Program-made: the position numbers and the translations under genes
In this document: positions 29,926-39,572 of the stretch, piece after piece
Layout: the number at the start of each line of letters is the position of its first letter
Numbering within the stretch: the first letter of the stretch is position 1
From: an uncultured Bacilli bacterium
GTDB taxonomy: Bacteria; Bacillota_I; Bacilli_A; RF39; UBA660
DNA length: 64,000 nucleotides
Direction of reading: 5' to 3'
NCBI GenBank assembly: GCA_934098705.1
Contig: CAKOPC010000002.1
Coordinates: forward strand, 250,681-314,680
Notes under the pieces: model-generated
Seen by the model: the letters and a program-made list of their open reading frames with translations, nothing else
Told to the model about the DNA's origin: nothing
Databases searched by the model: none

Positions 29926-30561
29926 ATGGTTAAAAGAAGATTAAAACCATTTGTAATGCCAAGTTTATATATAATGTGTGTTGTAGCATTTTTACTATTT
30001 ACATTTTTACTTTCTAAATCTTTACTTGTTGCAGAAGAAATAGAAGCTAAAAATTATGTATATGTATCAAGTGAAATACTTATGGATGATGTAGTACCAG
30101 TTATAAAAACAATAAATAAAAATATTGTAAAACCATTTACAGATAATAATGTAAAATTAGTTAAAAGTTTTTATGACTATAAAAAAGATGCAAAAAGTCA
30201 AGAAGATTCTTTAATATATTATAATGATACATACATACAAAGTACTGGAGTATCATATAGTGCCACTAATATGTTTAACTGTATGGCAGTACTTGATGGA
30301 GAAGTTATAAAAGTAAAAGAAGATGATATCGTAGGTAAAACTGTTATAGTAAAACATAATACGGAACTTATAAGTGTTTATCAAAGTCTTGGAGAAGTAT
30401 CAGTAAAAGAAAATGATAAAATAAATCAAGGAGATATTATAGGAACAAGTGGTGTAAATGAAGCAGAAAGTGATTTAGGAAATCATTTACATTTTGAACT
30501 TATATATAAAAATGAAGCAATAAATCCAGAAGATTATTATGGCAAAACTTTAGGAGAGTAA
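29926..30561 (+). CDS. membrane-anchored M23/LytM protein, SpoIIQ-like by context
   Basis: N-terminal TM and the NHLHFEL motif. Its position between murA and mreB/mbl matches clostridial spoIIQ as I recall it. Confidence 0.5.
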   Translation: MVKRRLKPFVMPSLYIMCVVAFLLFTFLLSKSLLVAEEIEAKNYVYVSSEILMDDVVPVIKTINKNIVKPFTDNNVKLVKSFYDYKKDAKSQEDSLIYYNDTYIQSTGVSYSATNMFNCMAVLDGEVIKVKEDDIVGKTVIVKHNTELISVYQSLGEVSVKENDKINQGDIIGTSGVNEAESDLGNHLHFELIYKNEAINPEDYYGKTLGE

Positions 30562-30565
30562 CAAA

Positions 30566-31552
30566 ATGTTTAGAAAAGATATAGGAATTGATTTAGGAAC
30601 AGTTAATATCTTAGTTTATGTAAAAGGCGAAGGCGTTGTTTTAAATGAACCAAGTATGGTTGTAATAGATGAAGAAACAAAAAGACCAATAGCATATGGT
30701 ATTGAAGCAAGTGAAATGTTAGGTAGAACACCAGGTAAAATAAAAGTTGTAAAACCAATGAAAGATGGAGTTATTGCAGACTTTGAAACAACTGGTATGT
30801 TACTTGACTACTTACTTAGGAAATTAAAAATAAAAGGTTCATTTGTAAAACCAAGGATATTAATATGTTGTCCATCAAATATAACAGAAGTTGAAAAAAG
30901 TGCTATAGCAGATGCCGCAATGCGTACTGGAGCAAAAAAAGTATTCATTGAAGAAGAACCAAAAGTTGCCGCTATAGGAGCAGGACTTGATATATCAAAA
31001 CCTATTGCCAATATGGTTGTTGATATAGGAGGAGGTACAACTGATATAGCAGTATTATCCCTTGGAAATATTGTAACAAGTGCTTCAATAAAAACAGCAG
31101 GAAATACCTTTGATACAGACATAATAAATTATATAAAAGATAAATATAAATTATTAATAGGAGAAAAAACAGCAGAGAGAATAAAAATGACAATAGGAAC
31201 AGTAAAAGAAGGTAAAGAAAAAGAAAAAATGGATGTAAGAGGAAGAGATTTGGTAGGAGGTCTTCCAAAAACAATAACTATAGATAGTAATGAAGTAGCA
31301 CTTGCTTTAAAAGAAAGTATAGAAAAAATAACTGCTATGGTAAAACAAGTATTAGAACAAACTCCCCCAGAACTTTCAGCAGATATAATAGAAAAAGGAA
31401 TTGTTTTAACTGGCGGAGGAGCATTACTTAAAGGACTATGTGAGTATTTAGAAGAAAAATTAGAAGTACCAGTTTTTAAAGCAGAAGAACCATTAACTTG
31501 TGTTGCTGAAGGAACGGGAGTATTACTTGATAAACTGCATTATGTTGATTAA
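30566..31552 (+). CDS. mreB: rod-shape protein MreB/Mbl
   Basis: Actin-fold motifs (DLGTVN, DIGGGTTD). 328 aa. Confidence 0.9.
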   Translation: MFRKDIGIDLGTVNILVYVKGEGVVLNEPSMVVIDEETKRPIAYGIEASEMLGRTPGKIKVVKPMKDGVIADFETTGMLLDYLLRKLKIKGSFVKPRILICCPSNITEVEKSAIADAAMRTGAKKVFIEEEPKVAAIGAGLDISKPIANMVVDIGGGTTDIAVLSLGNIVTSASIKTAGNTFDTDIINYIKDKYKLLIGEKTAERIKMTIGTVKEGKEKEKMDVRGRDLVGGLPKTITIDSNEVALALKESIEKITAMVKQVLEQTPPELSADIIEKGIVLTGGGALLKGLCEYLEEKLEVPVFKAEEPLTCVAEGTGVLLDKLHYVD

Positions 31553-31591
31553 TAACTAAGAAAATGTTATAATTAACTAAGGTGGTTAAAA

Positions 31592-32653
31592 ATGATTCAA
31601 AATATAGACTTAAATAATATTACACACATATTACTTATAATTGTAACATGTATGATATTTACACTTATAATAACATTTTATATAAAAAAAATTGCATTTC
31701 ATATAAAAGCTTTAGATATTCCAAATGAAAGAAAGGTACATACAAAACCTATGCCTAGACTTGGCGGACTTGGAATATTTTTAGGCTTTTTATTTGGTTA
31801 TATGTTATTTGGAGTACAAAGTCTACAAATGAATTCAATTCTTATAGGAAGCTTTTTAATAGTTCTTTTAGGAGTAATGGATGATATAAAACCACTGGAT
31901 GCTAAAACAAAGTTTCTAGGACAAATACTAGCAACTTGTGTATTAATATTTTATGGAGATATATTATTAACAAAAATTAGTCTATATGGATTAACTATAA
32001 ATTTTGGTATTTTATCATACCCTATAACAATATTTTTTGTTCTTTCTTGCATAAACATTATAAATTTAATAGATGGACTTGATGGTCTATCAAGTGGCAC
32101 ATGTTCTATATTTTATGCAACTATAGGAATAATTGCCTTTATGAAAGGTAGTACTAACATATTACCAATTACCTTATCATTTATAATGTTAGGGTCAACT
32201 CTTGGATTTTTATATCACAATTTTTACCCCGCAAAAATATTTTCTGGAGATTCAGGCTCGATGTTCCAAGGTTTCATGATAGCAGTAATATCACTTTTAG
32301 GATTTAAAACAACAGCATTTATTTCATTTTTTGTACCAGTTTTAATTCTTGGTATACCAATACTAGATACACTATTTGCTATAATAAGAAGAACTATAAA
32401 ACATCAAAAAATATATTTACCAGACAAATGTCATTTACATCATCAACTGTTAAATATGGGATTATCTCATAGGAATACAGTTCTTGCCATATATGCTATG
32501 GATATGTTATTTGCATTTGCATCAATTATTTACACTACTAAAGATAAAATTTTAGGTAAATATATATACGTTGCACTATTTTTACTTGTCATATGGATAG
32601 TGTCACGAACAAGCATAATTAAGGATAAAAAAGTATCCAAAAATAAAGAATAA
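31592..32653 (+). CDS. MraY/WecA-family polyprenyl-phosphate GlcNAc-1-P transferase (TagO-like)
   Basis: Polytopic. Motifs DDIKPL, NLIDGLDGL and GDSGSM. Confidence 0.8.
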   Translation: MIQNIDLNNITHILLIIVTCMIFTLIITFYIKKIAFHIKALDIPNERKVHTKPMPRLGGLGIFLGFLFGYMLFGVQSLQMNSILIGSFLIVLLGVMDDIKPLDAKTKFLGQILATCVLIFYGDILLTKISLYGLTINFGILSYPITIFFVLSCINIINLIDGLDGLSSGTCSIFYATIGIIAFMKGSTNILPITLSFIMLGSTLGFLYHNFYPAKIFSGDSGSMFQGFMIAVISLLGFKTTAFISFFVPVLILGIPILDTLFAIIRRTIKHQKIYLPDKCHLHHQLLNMGLSHRNTVLAIYAMDMLFAFASIIYTTKDKILGKYIYVALFLLVIWIVSRTSIIKDKKVSKNKE

Positions 32654-32685
32654 AGTGAACCTAAAATTAATAGTTCACTTTTTTT
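32653..32685 (+). terminator. intrinsic terminator
   Basis: Stem AAGTGAAC / GTTCACTT followed by a T-run. Confidence 0.7.
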
Positions 32686-32793
32686 ACCATTTGTATTACA
32701 ATAAAATTGACAATTTTTTCCAATTTGCGTATTAATTTCGCAAAAGATATTAAATTTTGTCTTATAATGTATTAAGGAAGTAGGAAATAAGTT

Positions 32794-33405
32794 ATGAAAG
32801 AGTTTTGTAAATGGCTAGGAGTAGATGAAAAGATAGCCAGAGTAGTTGTTTGGATAGCAATATTTATGATGATGTTAGTTTTAACCAACGTAATGCTAGA
32901 AAGTGTAGGTTTACCATTTTACAAGTTAACTGCTGAAAATTTATCAAAAGTTAATTGTGGTAAAGTAGTAAACTTTTGCTTAGCCTGTACTATTACCATA
33001 TTAAATTTTTATACTTTTGTATTTTTAGTTTTTAGAATAAAGGAATTTAAAAAGATATTTCCATATTCAATATTATATATAGTTCTAAACGCGATTATTA
33101 ATTATACCTATGGGAAAGGTATTTTGGAAATATTTATTATTTTATTTATAATTATATTTTGTTACTTTTATTCCAATAAAAATAAAAAGTATATTTTGTA
33201 TGGCATTGGCAGTATTGTAATTAATACTATAGTACAATTTATATGTTATTTATATAAATTAAGATTTATTGATTATGATAGTCTAAATTATTACAGCAGA
33301 ATTTTAATTTCTTGTGATTATTTTTTAATTATGTTTATACTAATTTTAGTAAAAGAAATATATATAAAGAATAAGAAAGAAAAGGAGGTATTAAAAAATG
33401 CCTGA
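32794..33405 (+). CDS. polytopic membrane protein (~6 TM), unknown family
   Basis: 203-aa ORF. Its last codons overlap the small ORF at 33398. Confidence 0.5.
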   Translation: MKEFCKWLGVDEKIARVVVWIAIFMMMLVLTNVMLESVGLPFYKLTAENLSKVNCGKVVNFCLACTITILNFYTFVFLVFRIKEFKKIFPYSILYIVLNAIINYTYGKGILEIFIILFIIIFCYFYSNKNKKYILYGIGSIVINTIVQFICYLYKLRFIDYDSLNYYSRILISCDYFLIMFILILVKEIYIKNKKEKEVLKNA

Positions 33406-33487
33406 TTGTTACTTCTGGTTTCCTTCATTCAAGAAAGAGGCTGCATTTGCTAAAGCATTATCAACAAAACTTGCTAATTTGAAATAG
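33398..33487 (+). CDS. unannotated 29-aa peptide MPDCYFWFPSFKKEAAFAKALSTKLANLK (candidate AgrD-like precursor)
   Basis: Strong SD AAGGAGG lies 7-8 nt upstream of the ATG. The ATG overlaps the upstream stop (ATGCCTGA). Too short for the ORF track. Confidence 0.4.
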   Translation: MPDCYFWFPSFKKEAAFAKALSTKLANLK

Positions 33488-33536
33488 TATTAAGTTATAA
33501 GGACCCAATAACTTTTTACTAATATGGGAGGTGTTT

Positions 33537-33983
33537 ATGGAAGAAAAAGAAAAAAATAAAAAGAGAAAAAGGAAGAATGGGATATGGTTTAATGATACTA
33601 CTGCAATAGAGAATTACTCACAAGAAAAAGCTGAAAAACTTCAAGCAACCCTTGAAAACATTATATTCTATGGTATTACAATACCAATACAGCTTATTCA
33701 AACAGCGGGAGTTATTGCTATTGCTATATTTAATAATGCTTTTGCTGAACTTTCGTTTTTCTTAGTAGGTTTCTTCTTCACAAGAACTTTTCTAGGATCA
33801 ACATACCATTTGAATTCTACAATTATGTGTACTACATTTACTTGGACTGCCTTTTTTATAATAACAGCTTTAATACCAAGTATATATGTTAGTGTATTCT
33901 TATGCATAATTTTAGGATGTTTAATGTCAGCTTACATGCATTATATAGTAGTAAAGGAAGAAGAAAAATGCCAAAAAGATTAG
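33537..33983 (+). CDS. AgrB-like membrane peptidase
   Basis: R-T-F-L-G-S-T-Y-H-x6-C resembles the AgrB R..GG.H-x6-C catalytic region (His-to-Cys spacing of 7). About 4 TM. ATG 33537 follows SD GGGAGG. Confidence 0.5.
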   Translation: MEEKEKNKKRKRKNGIWFNDTTAIENYSQEKAEKLQATLENIIFYGITIPIQLIQTAGVIAIAIFNNAFAELSFFLVGFFFTRTFLGSTYHLNSTIMCTTFTWTAFFIITALIPSIYVSVFLCIILGCLMSAYMHYIVVKEEEKCQKD

Positions 33984-34213
33984 GAACATTATTTTTATCA
34001 GCAGATAAAGGCAAATTAGAACAAATGTGTAAAGAAAAAGATTTAAATGACTATGAAACAGAAATAATATTAAGAATATATTGGAAAAAGCAAAGCATTA
34101 ATTACATTTCGGATACAATGGACTTTACTAAGTTTGGTAAAGATCAAAAATTTTATTCATCAAGAAGTATTAATACTTTTCACAAACAAGCATTTTTAAA
34201 ATTAATGAAATAG
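33968..34213 (+). CDS. small sigma-region-4-like HTH protein
   Basis: 81 aa starting at MPKRLG. LNDYETEIILRIYWKKQSINYISDTM resembles a region-4 HTH. Overlaps the end of the AgrB-like gene. Confidence 0.4.
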   Translation: MPKRLGTLFLSADKGKLEQMCKEKDLNDYETEIILRIYWKKQSINYISDTMDFTKFGKDQKFYSSRSINTFHKQAFLKLMK

Positions 34214-34294
34214 TTTTCAACTTAACTATTTTTTTTAGCAGATATATAAATGTTAAAATAAATAATAAATATATAAAGAAGAAAGGAAATTGAT

Positions 34295-35011
34295 ATGCTA
34301 AATTTTATTATTTTAAGTAACGGCAGTAAAAATGAAGAAAAATACGTAAATAGTATAGAAAGGGTAATGATAAACTTAGATATAGGTTATGAAATACATA
34401 AATTTAATGACTGTAATAATAGTTTTATTAATTTTTGTAAAGATAGTTATGGTACTAATATATTTATACTAGAAAATGAAGATACTGATTATATAAATAA
34501 CACTATCTCTTTAATAAAAAATGAATATGAGTTAACAAAAGCTTTTATTATTGTCATTGATAAAGAGGGACAGGAAAGCAATATTTCATCATCATTTCTA
34601 ATAGATGTTATAAGTGAAACAAATTTTGAAGAACACTTACAAAAGGACATCAAAACAGTTTTAGAGATAACTGAAATTGATAAGAACTTTTTAAGTATAA
34701 TACAAGATAAATTATTACTTAGAATACCATATAATGATATTTATTATATAGAAAAAGAGTTAAATGGTAAAAAATGTACTATTGTATGTAAAAATAAAAA
34801 ATATTACGTTGTGAAGAGCTTAAACGAATTTCAAAGAATTTTAGATTCTAGGTTCTTTAGAAGTCATCAAAGTGCTTTAATTAATATAGAAAAAGTATCT
34901 GTAATGGACTTTGAAAATGGCATTGTGCAATTTGAAGATAATGTAAAATGTAATCTTATGTCAAGAAGTTTTAAAAAGAAAATGAGAAAAGATTATGCCA
35001 AATGTGACTAA
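34295..35011 (+). CDS. LytTR-domain transcription regulator with degenerate receiver domain
   Basis: C-terminal LytTR (IPYNDIYYIE...FFRSHQSALINI). The N-terminus lacks the acidic pair (IILSNG) and has Glu60 where the phospho-Asp is expected. Confidence 0.75.
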   Translation: MLNFIILSNGSKNEEKYVNSIERVMINLDIGYEIHKFNDCNNSFINFCKDSYGTNIFILENEDTDYINNTISLIKNEYELTKAFIIVIDKEGQESNISSSFLIDVISETNFEEHLQKDIKTVLEITEIDKNFLSIIQDKLLLRIPYNDIYYIEKELNGKKCTIVCKNKKYYVVKSLNEFQRILDSRFFRSHQSALINIEKVSVMDFENGIVQFEDNVKCNLMSRSFKKKMRKDYAKCD

Positions 35012-35127
35012 AATATAACATATTACGGCCATAAACGTAAAAAGCCTGATAATTCTGTTAATATATACTTGCGCGCTAATAAAAATAGAAAAATAAAAAA
35101 GTATAGTTTGGAAAAAGAGGTGGAATT

Positions 35128-35346
35128 ATGAAAGGCTTTGTAAAGTGGTTTAATAATGAGAAAGGATTTGGATTTATTGAATATAAACCAGGTGAAGATG
35201 TATTCGTTCACTATTCAGCAATAAAACAAGATGGTTATAAAACATTAAATGAAGGCGATTATGTTTCTTTTGAATTAATTGAAACTGCAAAAGGATTACA
35301 AGCACAAGACGTTTACGTCGTTAAACAAATGATAGCCACTAAATAG
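35128..35346 (+). CDS. cold-shock protein (CspA family)
   Basis: [18 protein letters not shown] contains the RNP1 and RNP2 motifs. Confidence 0.95.
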   Translation: MKGFVKWFNNEKGFGFIEYKPGEDVFVHYSAIKQDGYKTLNEGDYVSFELIETAKGLQAQDVYVVKQMIATK

Positions 35347-35395
35347 TGGCTTTTTCTATTAAATCATGTTATAATTTAATCATAGGAGGGATTAT

Positions 35396-35938
35396 ATGAA
35401 ATTAAATATTCGTGGTAAAGATATGAAAATTACAGAAGCAATGAAAAATTATGCTGACGAAAAATTCACAAAGTTAGAAAAATATTTAAAAGATGGAGAA
35501 GGTATAAAAGCCAATTTATTATTTAAAATAGATGGCATAAATCAAAAGTTAGAGGTTACAATTCCGCTTAAAAATATAACACTAAGAGTAGAAGAAAAAG
35601 GTAAAGACTTTTATGCATGCATAGATACTGCTCTTGATAAATTAGAAAGAAGTATTATAAAAAATAAAAAAAGATTAGAAAGTAAAAAGATGAAAGCTAA
35701 ATATGGCTTTGAATTTGAAAAACTTGACTTATTAACAAAAGATATAGAGGAAGATAATACAAATAAAATTGTTAAGAAAAAAAGTGTTGAGTTAAAGCCT
35801 ATGGACTTTGATGAAGCAATATTACAAATGGAATTATTAGGTCATGACTTTTATGTATTTAAAGATGAAAAAACTAATAAGACTTGTGTTTTATATAAAA
35901 GAAAAGAACAAGGTTATGGCATAATAGAAGAAGAATAG
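35396..35938 (+). CDS. hpf: ribosome hibernation promoting factor (long form)
   Basis: 180 aa with an N-terminal S30AE/YfiA domain and a C-terminal dimerisation domain (HDFYVFKD). Confidence 0.85.
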   Translation: MKLNIRGKDMKITEAMKNYADEKFTKLEKYLKDGEGIKANLLFKIDGINQKLEVTIPLKNITLRVEEKGKDFYACIDTALDKLERSIIKNKKRLESKKMKAKYGFEFEKLDLLTKDIEEDNTNKIVKKKSVELKPMDFDEAILQMELLGHDFYVFKDEKTNKTCVLYKRKEQGYGIIEEE

Positions 35939-36023
35939 GTATAAAAGCTCCTTTATGGAGTTTTTTTGTTAATGTTTTTTTATAAATATGTTATAATTAA
36001 TATATAAATTAGGGAGGATTAAA

Positions 36024-37187
36024 ATGAAAGGCAAAAATTATGTTTTAGGAATTATTGGGGGACTTATAGGAGGTTTTATAGCATCTATTCCTTGGGTACT
36101 TATGTATGTTTATGGAAATATGATATTATCATTACTTGCAATTTTAATTGCTTTAGGAGCATTAAAAGGTTACCAAATATTTAAAGGTAAAGAAGATAAA
36201 AACTTACCAATTTTTATAATAATAATATCAGTTATTGTTGTAACTATTGCAACTCTTATTATTATACCAAAACTTTTAATAATAAAAGATGGAAGTAGTA
36301 TAACACTTACTGACCTTTATAATAATAGTGAGTTTAAAACTGCTATTATAAAAGATTATATTATTTCACTTATCTTTACAGGACTTGGTATAAGTGGTGT
36401 AATATCATCTATTAAAAATAAAGTAAATAACGAAAACAAGGCAAATGAAGGTAGTAAAGTTTATAGAAGTGTTAATAAATTAACTTATAAATTGTATGAA
36501 AATGAATTTAAAAAATATAATGCAACATCAAAAAATAATTTAATAGATAAAGAAACTATTTTAAATAATATTAACTTAATAGATAAAGATGATATTTTTA
36601 AATCATTAATTTATCAAGATGCTATAAAAGAAGTTGATGGAAAGTACTATTTTGCCAAAAGAATTCATCAAAATTACACTATGTTAATAATTATAATTGT
36701 GTTAATAGTTGCCATTATGATAGGGGCAATACTATTTTTTGATAGCAGTAAAGAGTATAATAAAATTACAAAAAATCATATTTCCTATGAAATTCCAAGT
36801 AACTGGAAAGAGTATGATGATGAAACATTAAAAAATAAATTTTATTATGTACCAGATTTTGATGAAAGTGGTTATTCCGGAGTAATATCTGTAACATATT
36901 ATAAAACAACTTATACTATAAATGATTATGAGAAAATGAAAAATCAAATTTATGACATGTTAAAGCAAGATGAATATGAAGCAACAGAAACTAAAGAATT
37001 TACATTAGAAAACGGTTATAAAGTATTTGAAATAGATTATTTAGAAGATAAAGTTGAAGATAAACTATATTATGTTATTACAGATAATAATTATGCTCTT
37101 GTGTATTCTACTAATTATTTTAGTGAAAAAGTTGGTAATATAGATACTATAACAAAAAATATAATAAATAGTATATCATTTAAGTAG
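36024..37187 (+). CDS. hypothetical membrane protein
   Basis: 387 aa with multiple TMs and a soluble C-terminal domain. Confidence 0.5.
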   Translation: MKGKNYVLGIIGGLIGGFIASIPWVLMYVYGNMILSLLAILIALGALKGYQIFKGKEDKNLPIFIIIISVIVVTIATLIIIPKLLIIKDGSSITLTDLYNNSEFKTAIIKDYIISLIFTGLGISGVISSIKNKVNNENKANEGSKVYRSVNKLTYKLYENEFKKYNATSKNNLIDKETILNNINLIDKDDIFKSLIYQDAIKEVDGKYYFAKRIHQNYTMLIIIIVLIVAIMIGAILFFDSSKEYNKITKNHISYEIPSNWKEYDDETLKNKFYYVPDFDESGYSGVISVTYYKTTYTINDYEKMKNQIYDMLKQDEYEATETKEFTLENGYKVFEIDYLEDKVEDKLYYVITDNNYALVYSTNYFSEKVGNIDTITKNIINSISFK

Positions 37188-37196
37188 GAGTATTTT

Positions 37197-38174
37197 ATGA
37201 ATTTAGAAAAAATATTTAAACCAAATAAAAATATATTAATATTAATGATAGTAAGTTTAATACTAACTATTATATCATTTATAATGATGGTAAATTATGC
37301 TAATAAACAAGATGAAAGTGTTTCATATAATGGTTTAATAACAAGAAACATAGATAAAGCAAATAAATATGTAAATGTAACTATCAAAACATTACCATAT
37401 TTTTATGCCACTAGAACAACTGATAATATTACATATAAATATTATATAGGTTTTGATGAACATAACTATATGTACTTATTAAGACTTACTGATATAACAT
37501 ATAATGATATGGAAACAAAATATAATCTTGATAAAGTTAATTTTTCTTATTATTTAGAAGGTTATACTTCAAATACTGAGGATGATTTAAAGAAGATAAC
37601 AATAACAACATATAATGAAATGGTAGATAAGAAAATTATAACTGAAGATAACTTTAGCAGTTATTTTGGAAATACTTATTTTGATGAAACTAAAGATCCT
37701 AATGAAGATATGTTTATTGTATCTGTTTCAATATTTATTACTTGTATTACATTATTTATTGTATCTTTAATATTATATATTGTAAAAAAAGTAAAAATAA
37801 AGAAAGTTATAAAAGAATATGGCAAAGAAACTTTAGAAAATGAAATACTAAATAGTAAAACTAAGCATTATGAAAAACTAAAAGTATTTGTAACTTGTGA
37901 TAAAGTAATAAGTTATAATGATTATTTAATAGTCAAAAAAATAAGTGATATAATATGGCTTTATAACTTAAAAAGATATTATAATGGTGTACTTGTTAAA
38001 ATAAGTCTTTTATGTTTTGATAAAAATAAACATAAACAAGAATTGACATCATCAAAGAAAGAACAAGAATTATTAGAATTAATAGAGGAAATAGTATCAA
38101 AAAATAAAAATATTATGGAAGGATATACAAAAGAAAATAAAAAAAGTTATAAAGATTACATAAAAGAGCATTAA
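37197..38174 (+). CDS. hypothetical membrane protein
   Basis: 325 aa with two TMs. Closely follows the previous gene. Confidence 0.5.
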   Translation: MNLEKIFKPNKNILILMIVSLILTIISFIMMVNYANKQDESVSYNGLITRNIDKANKYVNVTIKTLPYFYATRTTDNITYKYYIGFDEHNYMYLLRLTDITYNDMETKYNLDKVNFSYYLEGYTSNTEDDLKKITITTYNEMVDKKIITEDNFSSYFGNTYFDETKDPNEDMFIVSVSIFITCITLFIVSLILYIVKKVKIKKVIKEYGKETLENEILNSKTKHYEKLKVFVTCDKVISYNDYLIVKKISDIIWLYNLKRYYNGVLVKISLLCFDKNKHKQELTSSKKEQELLELIEEIVSKNKNIMEGYTKENKKSYKDYIKEH

Positions 38175-38238
38175 AAAGCATTTTTTAATTCTTAAAATTG
38201 TATTATTTAAACATAAATAAGAATAAATGGAGTAGTAT

Positions 38239-38970
38239 ATGAAAAAAGGACTTAAAAAAAGTAAAATATTACCATTATTATTAATTATATTAATGGTTGT
38301 ATTTACTAATAACAAAGAAGAAATAAAAAATATATTTAATAAAAGTTTAGCAATCCCTACAATATCATATAACGTAAATGAAATTCCAGAATATAATGGT
38401 AGTCCAGTTATTGTAATTAACAATAATGTTCCATTATTTACAGATGAAGATTATAATAGTAAAACATTCGAAAGTTATAGTGAGCTTGACATATTAGGAA
38501 GGTGTGGTATTGCTTTTGCAAACATTGATAAAAGTTTAATGCCAACAACAAAAAGAGGAAGTATTGGTATGATAAAACCAAGTGGTTGGCATACTATTAA
38601 ATATGATAATGTAGATGGAAAATATTTATATAATAGATGTCATTTAATAGGATACCAGTTAACTGGAGAAAATGATAATAAAAAAAATCTTATAACATGC
38701 ACAAGATTTATGAATACTAAAAGTATGTTAGAATATGAAAATAAAGTTGCAAATTATATAAAGAAAACAGGTAACAATGTTTTATATAGAGTAACTCCAG
38801 TATTTTATGATGATAATTTGCTTGTAAGTGGTGTTTTAATAGAAGCAGCATCTGTTTATGATAAGGGAAAAGATTTATCTTTCTTTGTCTTTATCTATAA
38901 TATTCAAGATGGTATTTTAATTGATTATAAAACAGGAGATAGTAAATTAGTTAATAGTAAGGCAAATTGA
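38239..38970 (+). CDS. secreted DNA/RNA non-specific endonuclease (EndA/NucA-like)
   Basis: N-terminal signal/TM and the NRCHLIGYQLTGENDN.KNL active-site region. Confidence 0.75.
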   Translation: MKKGLKKSKILPLLLIILMVVFTNNKEEIKNIFNKSLAIPTISYNVNEIPEYNGSPVIVINNNVPLFTDEDYNSKTFESYSELDILGRCGIAFANIDKSLMPTTKRGSIGMIKPSGWHTIKYDNVDGKYLYNRCHLIGYQLTGENDNKKNLITCTRFMNTKSMLEYENKVANYIKKTGNNVLYRVTPVFYDDNLLVSGVLIEAASVYDKGKDLSFFVFIYNIQDGILIDYKTGDSKLVNSKAN

Positions 38971-39498
38971 TAAACAGTAATTATTATATCGTATAGTTTT
39001 GGTATAACAATTATTATAAGGACAATTTTTAAAATGGCCAATATGCCATCCCATCATTTTTATATAAGCTTCCTTTAAAGTATAAAATTTAAAGAATGTA
39101 TAATTTTTATTAGAACTTTTTAAAAGTTCTAATTTTTCATCATCATTAAAATAGTAGTTTACAATATTGGGATTATAATCTCTAATTTTTTCAATATCAC
39201 ACCCTATAGCATATTTAGATGTAACTAAAATAGTTATATCATCTTTATTGGATATATTAAAATTAAATTTATCATCAAAATATGGTTTTCCATTTATGTT
39301 ATATTTCATATTTTTAATATCTATATTTAATTTATTGTTTCTAATATATTTTTCTAATAGATAATAAGACATTATTTTTCTCTTATTTTTTAAAACTTTA
39401 TACTTTTGCACATCATTTAATATGTTAAAAACTTTATCAAATGTAATAGCATCAATATCATTAAAATTACAAATATCAATATAAAACAATGAAATCAC
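38947..39498 (-). CDS. Sfp-type 4'-phosphopantetheinyl transferase
   Basis: GKPYF, FNISN, GCDIE and TLKEAYIKMMG motifs. Confidence 0.7.
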   Translation of the reverse strand: MISLFYIDICNFNDIDAITFDKVFNILNDVQKYKVLKNKRKIMSYYLLEKYIRNNKLNIDIKNMKYNINGKPYFDDKFNFNISNKDDITILVTSKYAIGCDIEKIRDYNPNIVNYYFNDDEKLELLKSSNKNYTFFKFYTLKEAYIKMMGWHIGHFKNCPYNNCYTKTIRYNNYCLSICLTIN

Positions 39499-39572
39499 CT
39501 CATACTTATTATAACATTTATATTTACATAATTGTTAATAAATAGTATTATTTTATTATAGGAGTGTAGTAT

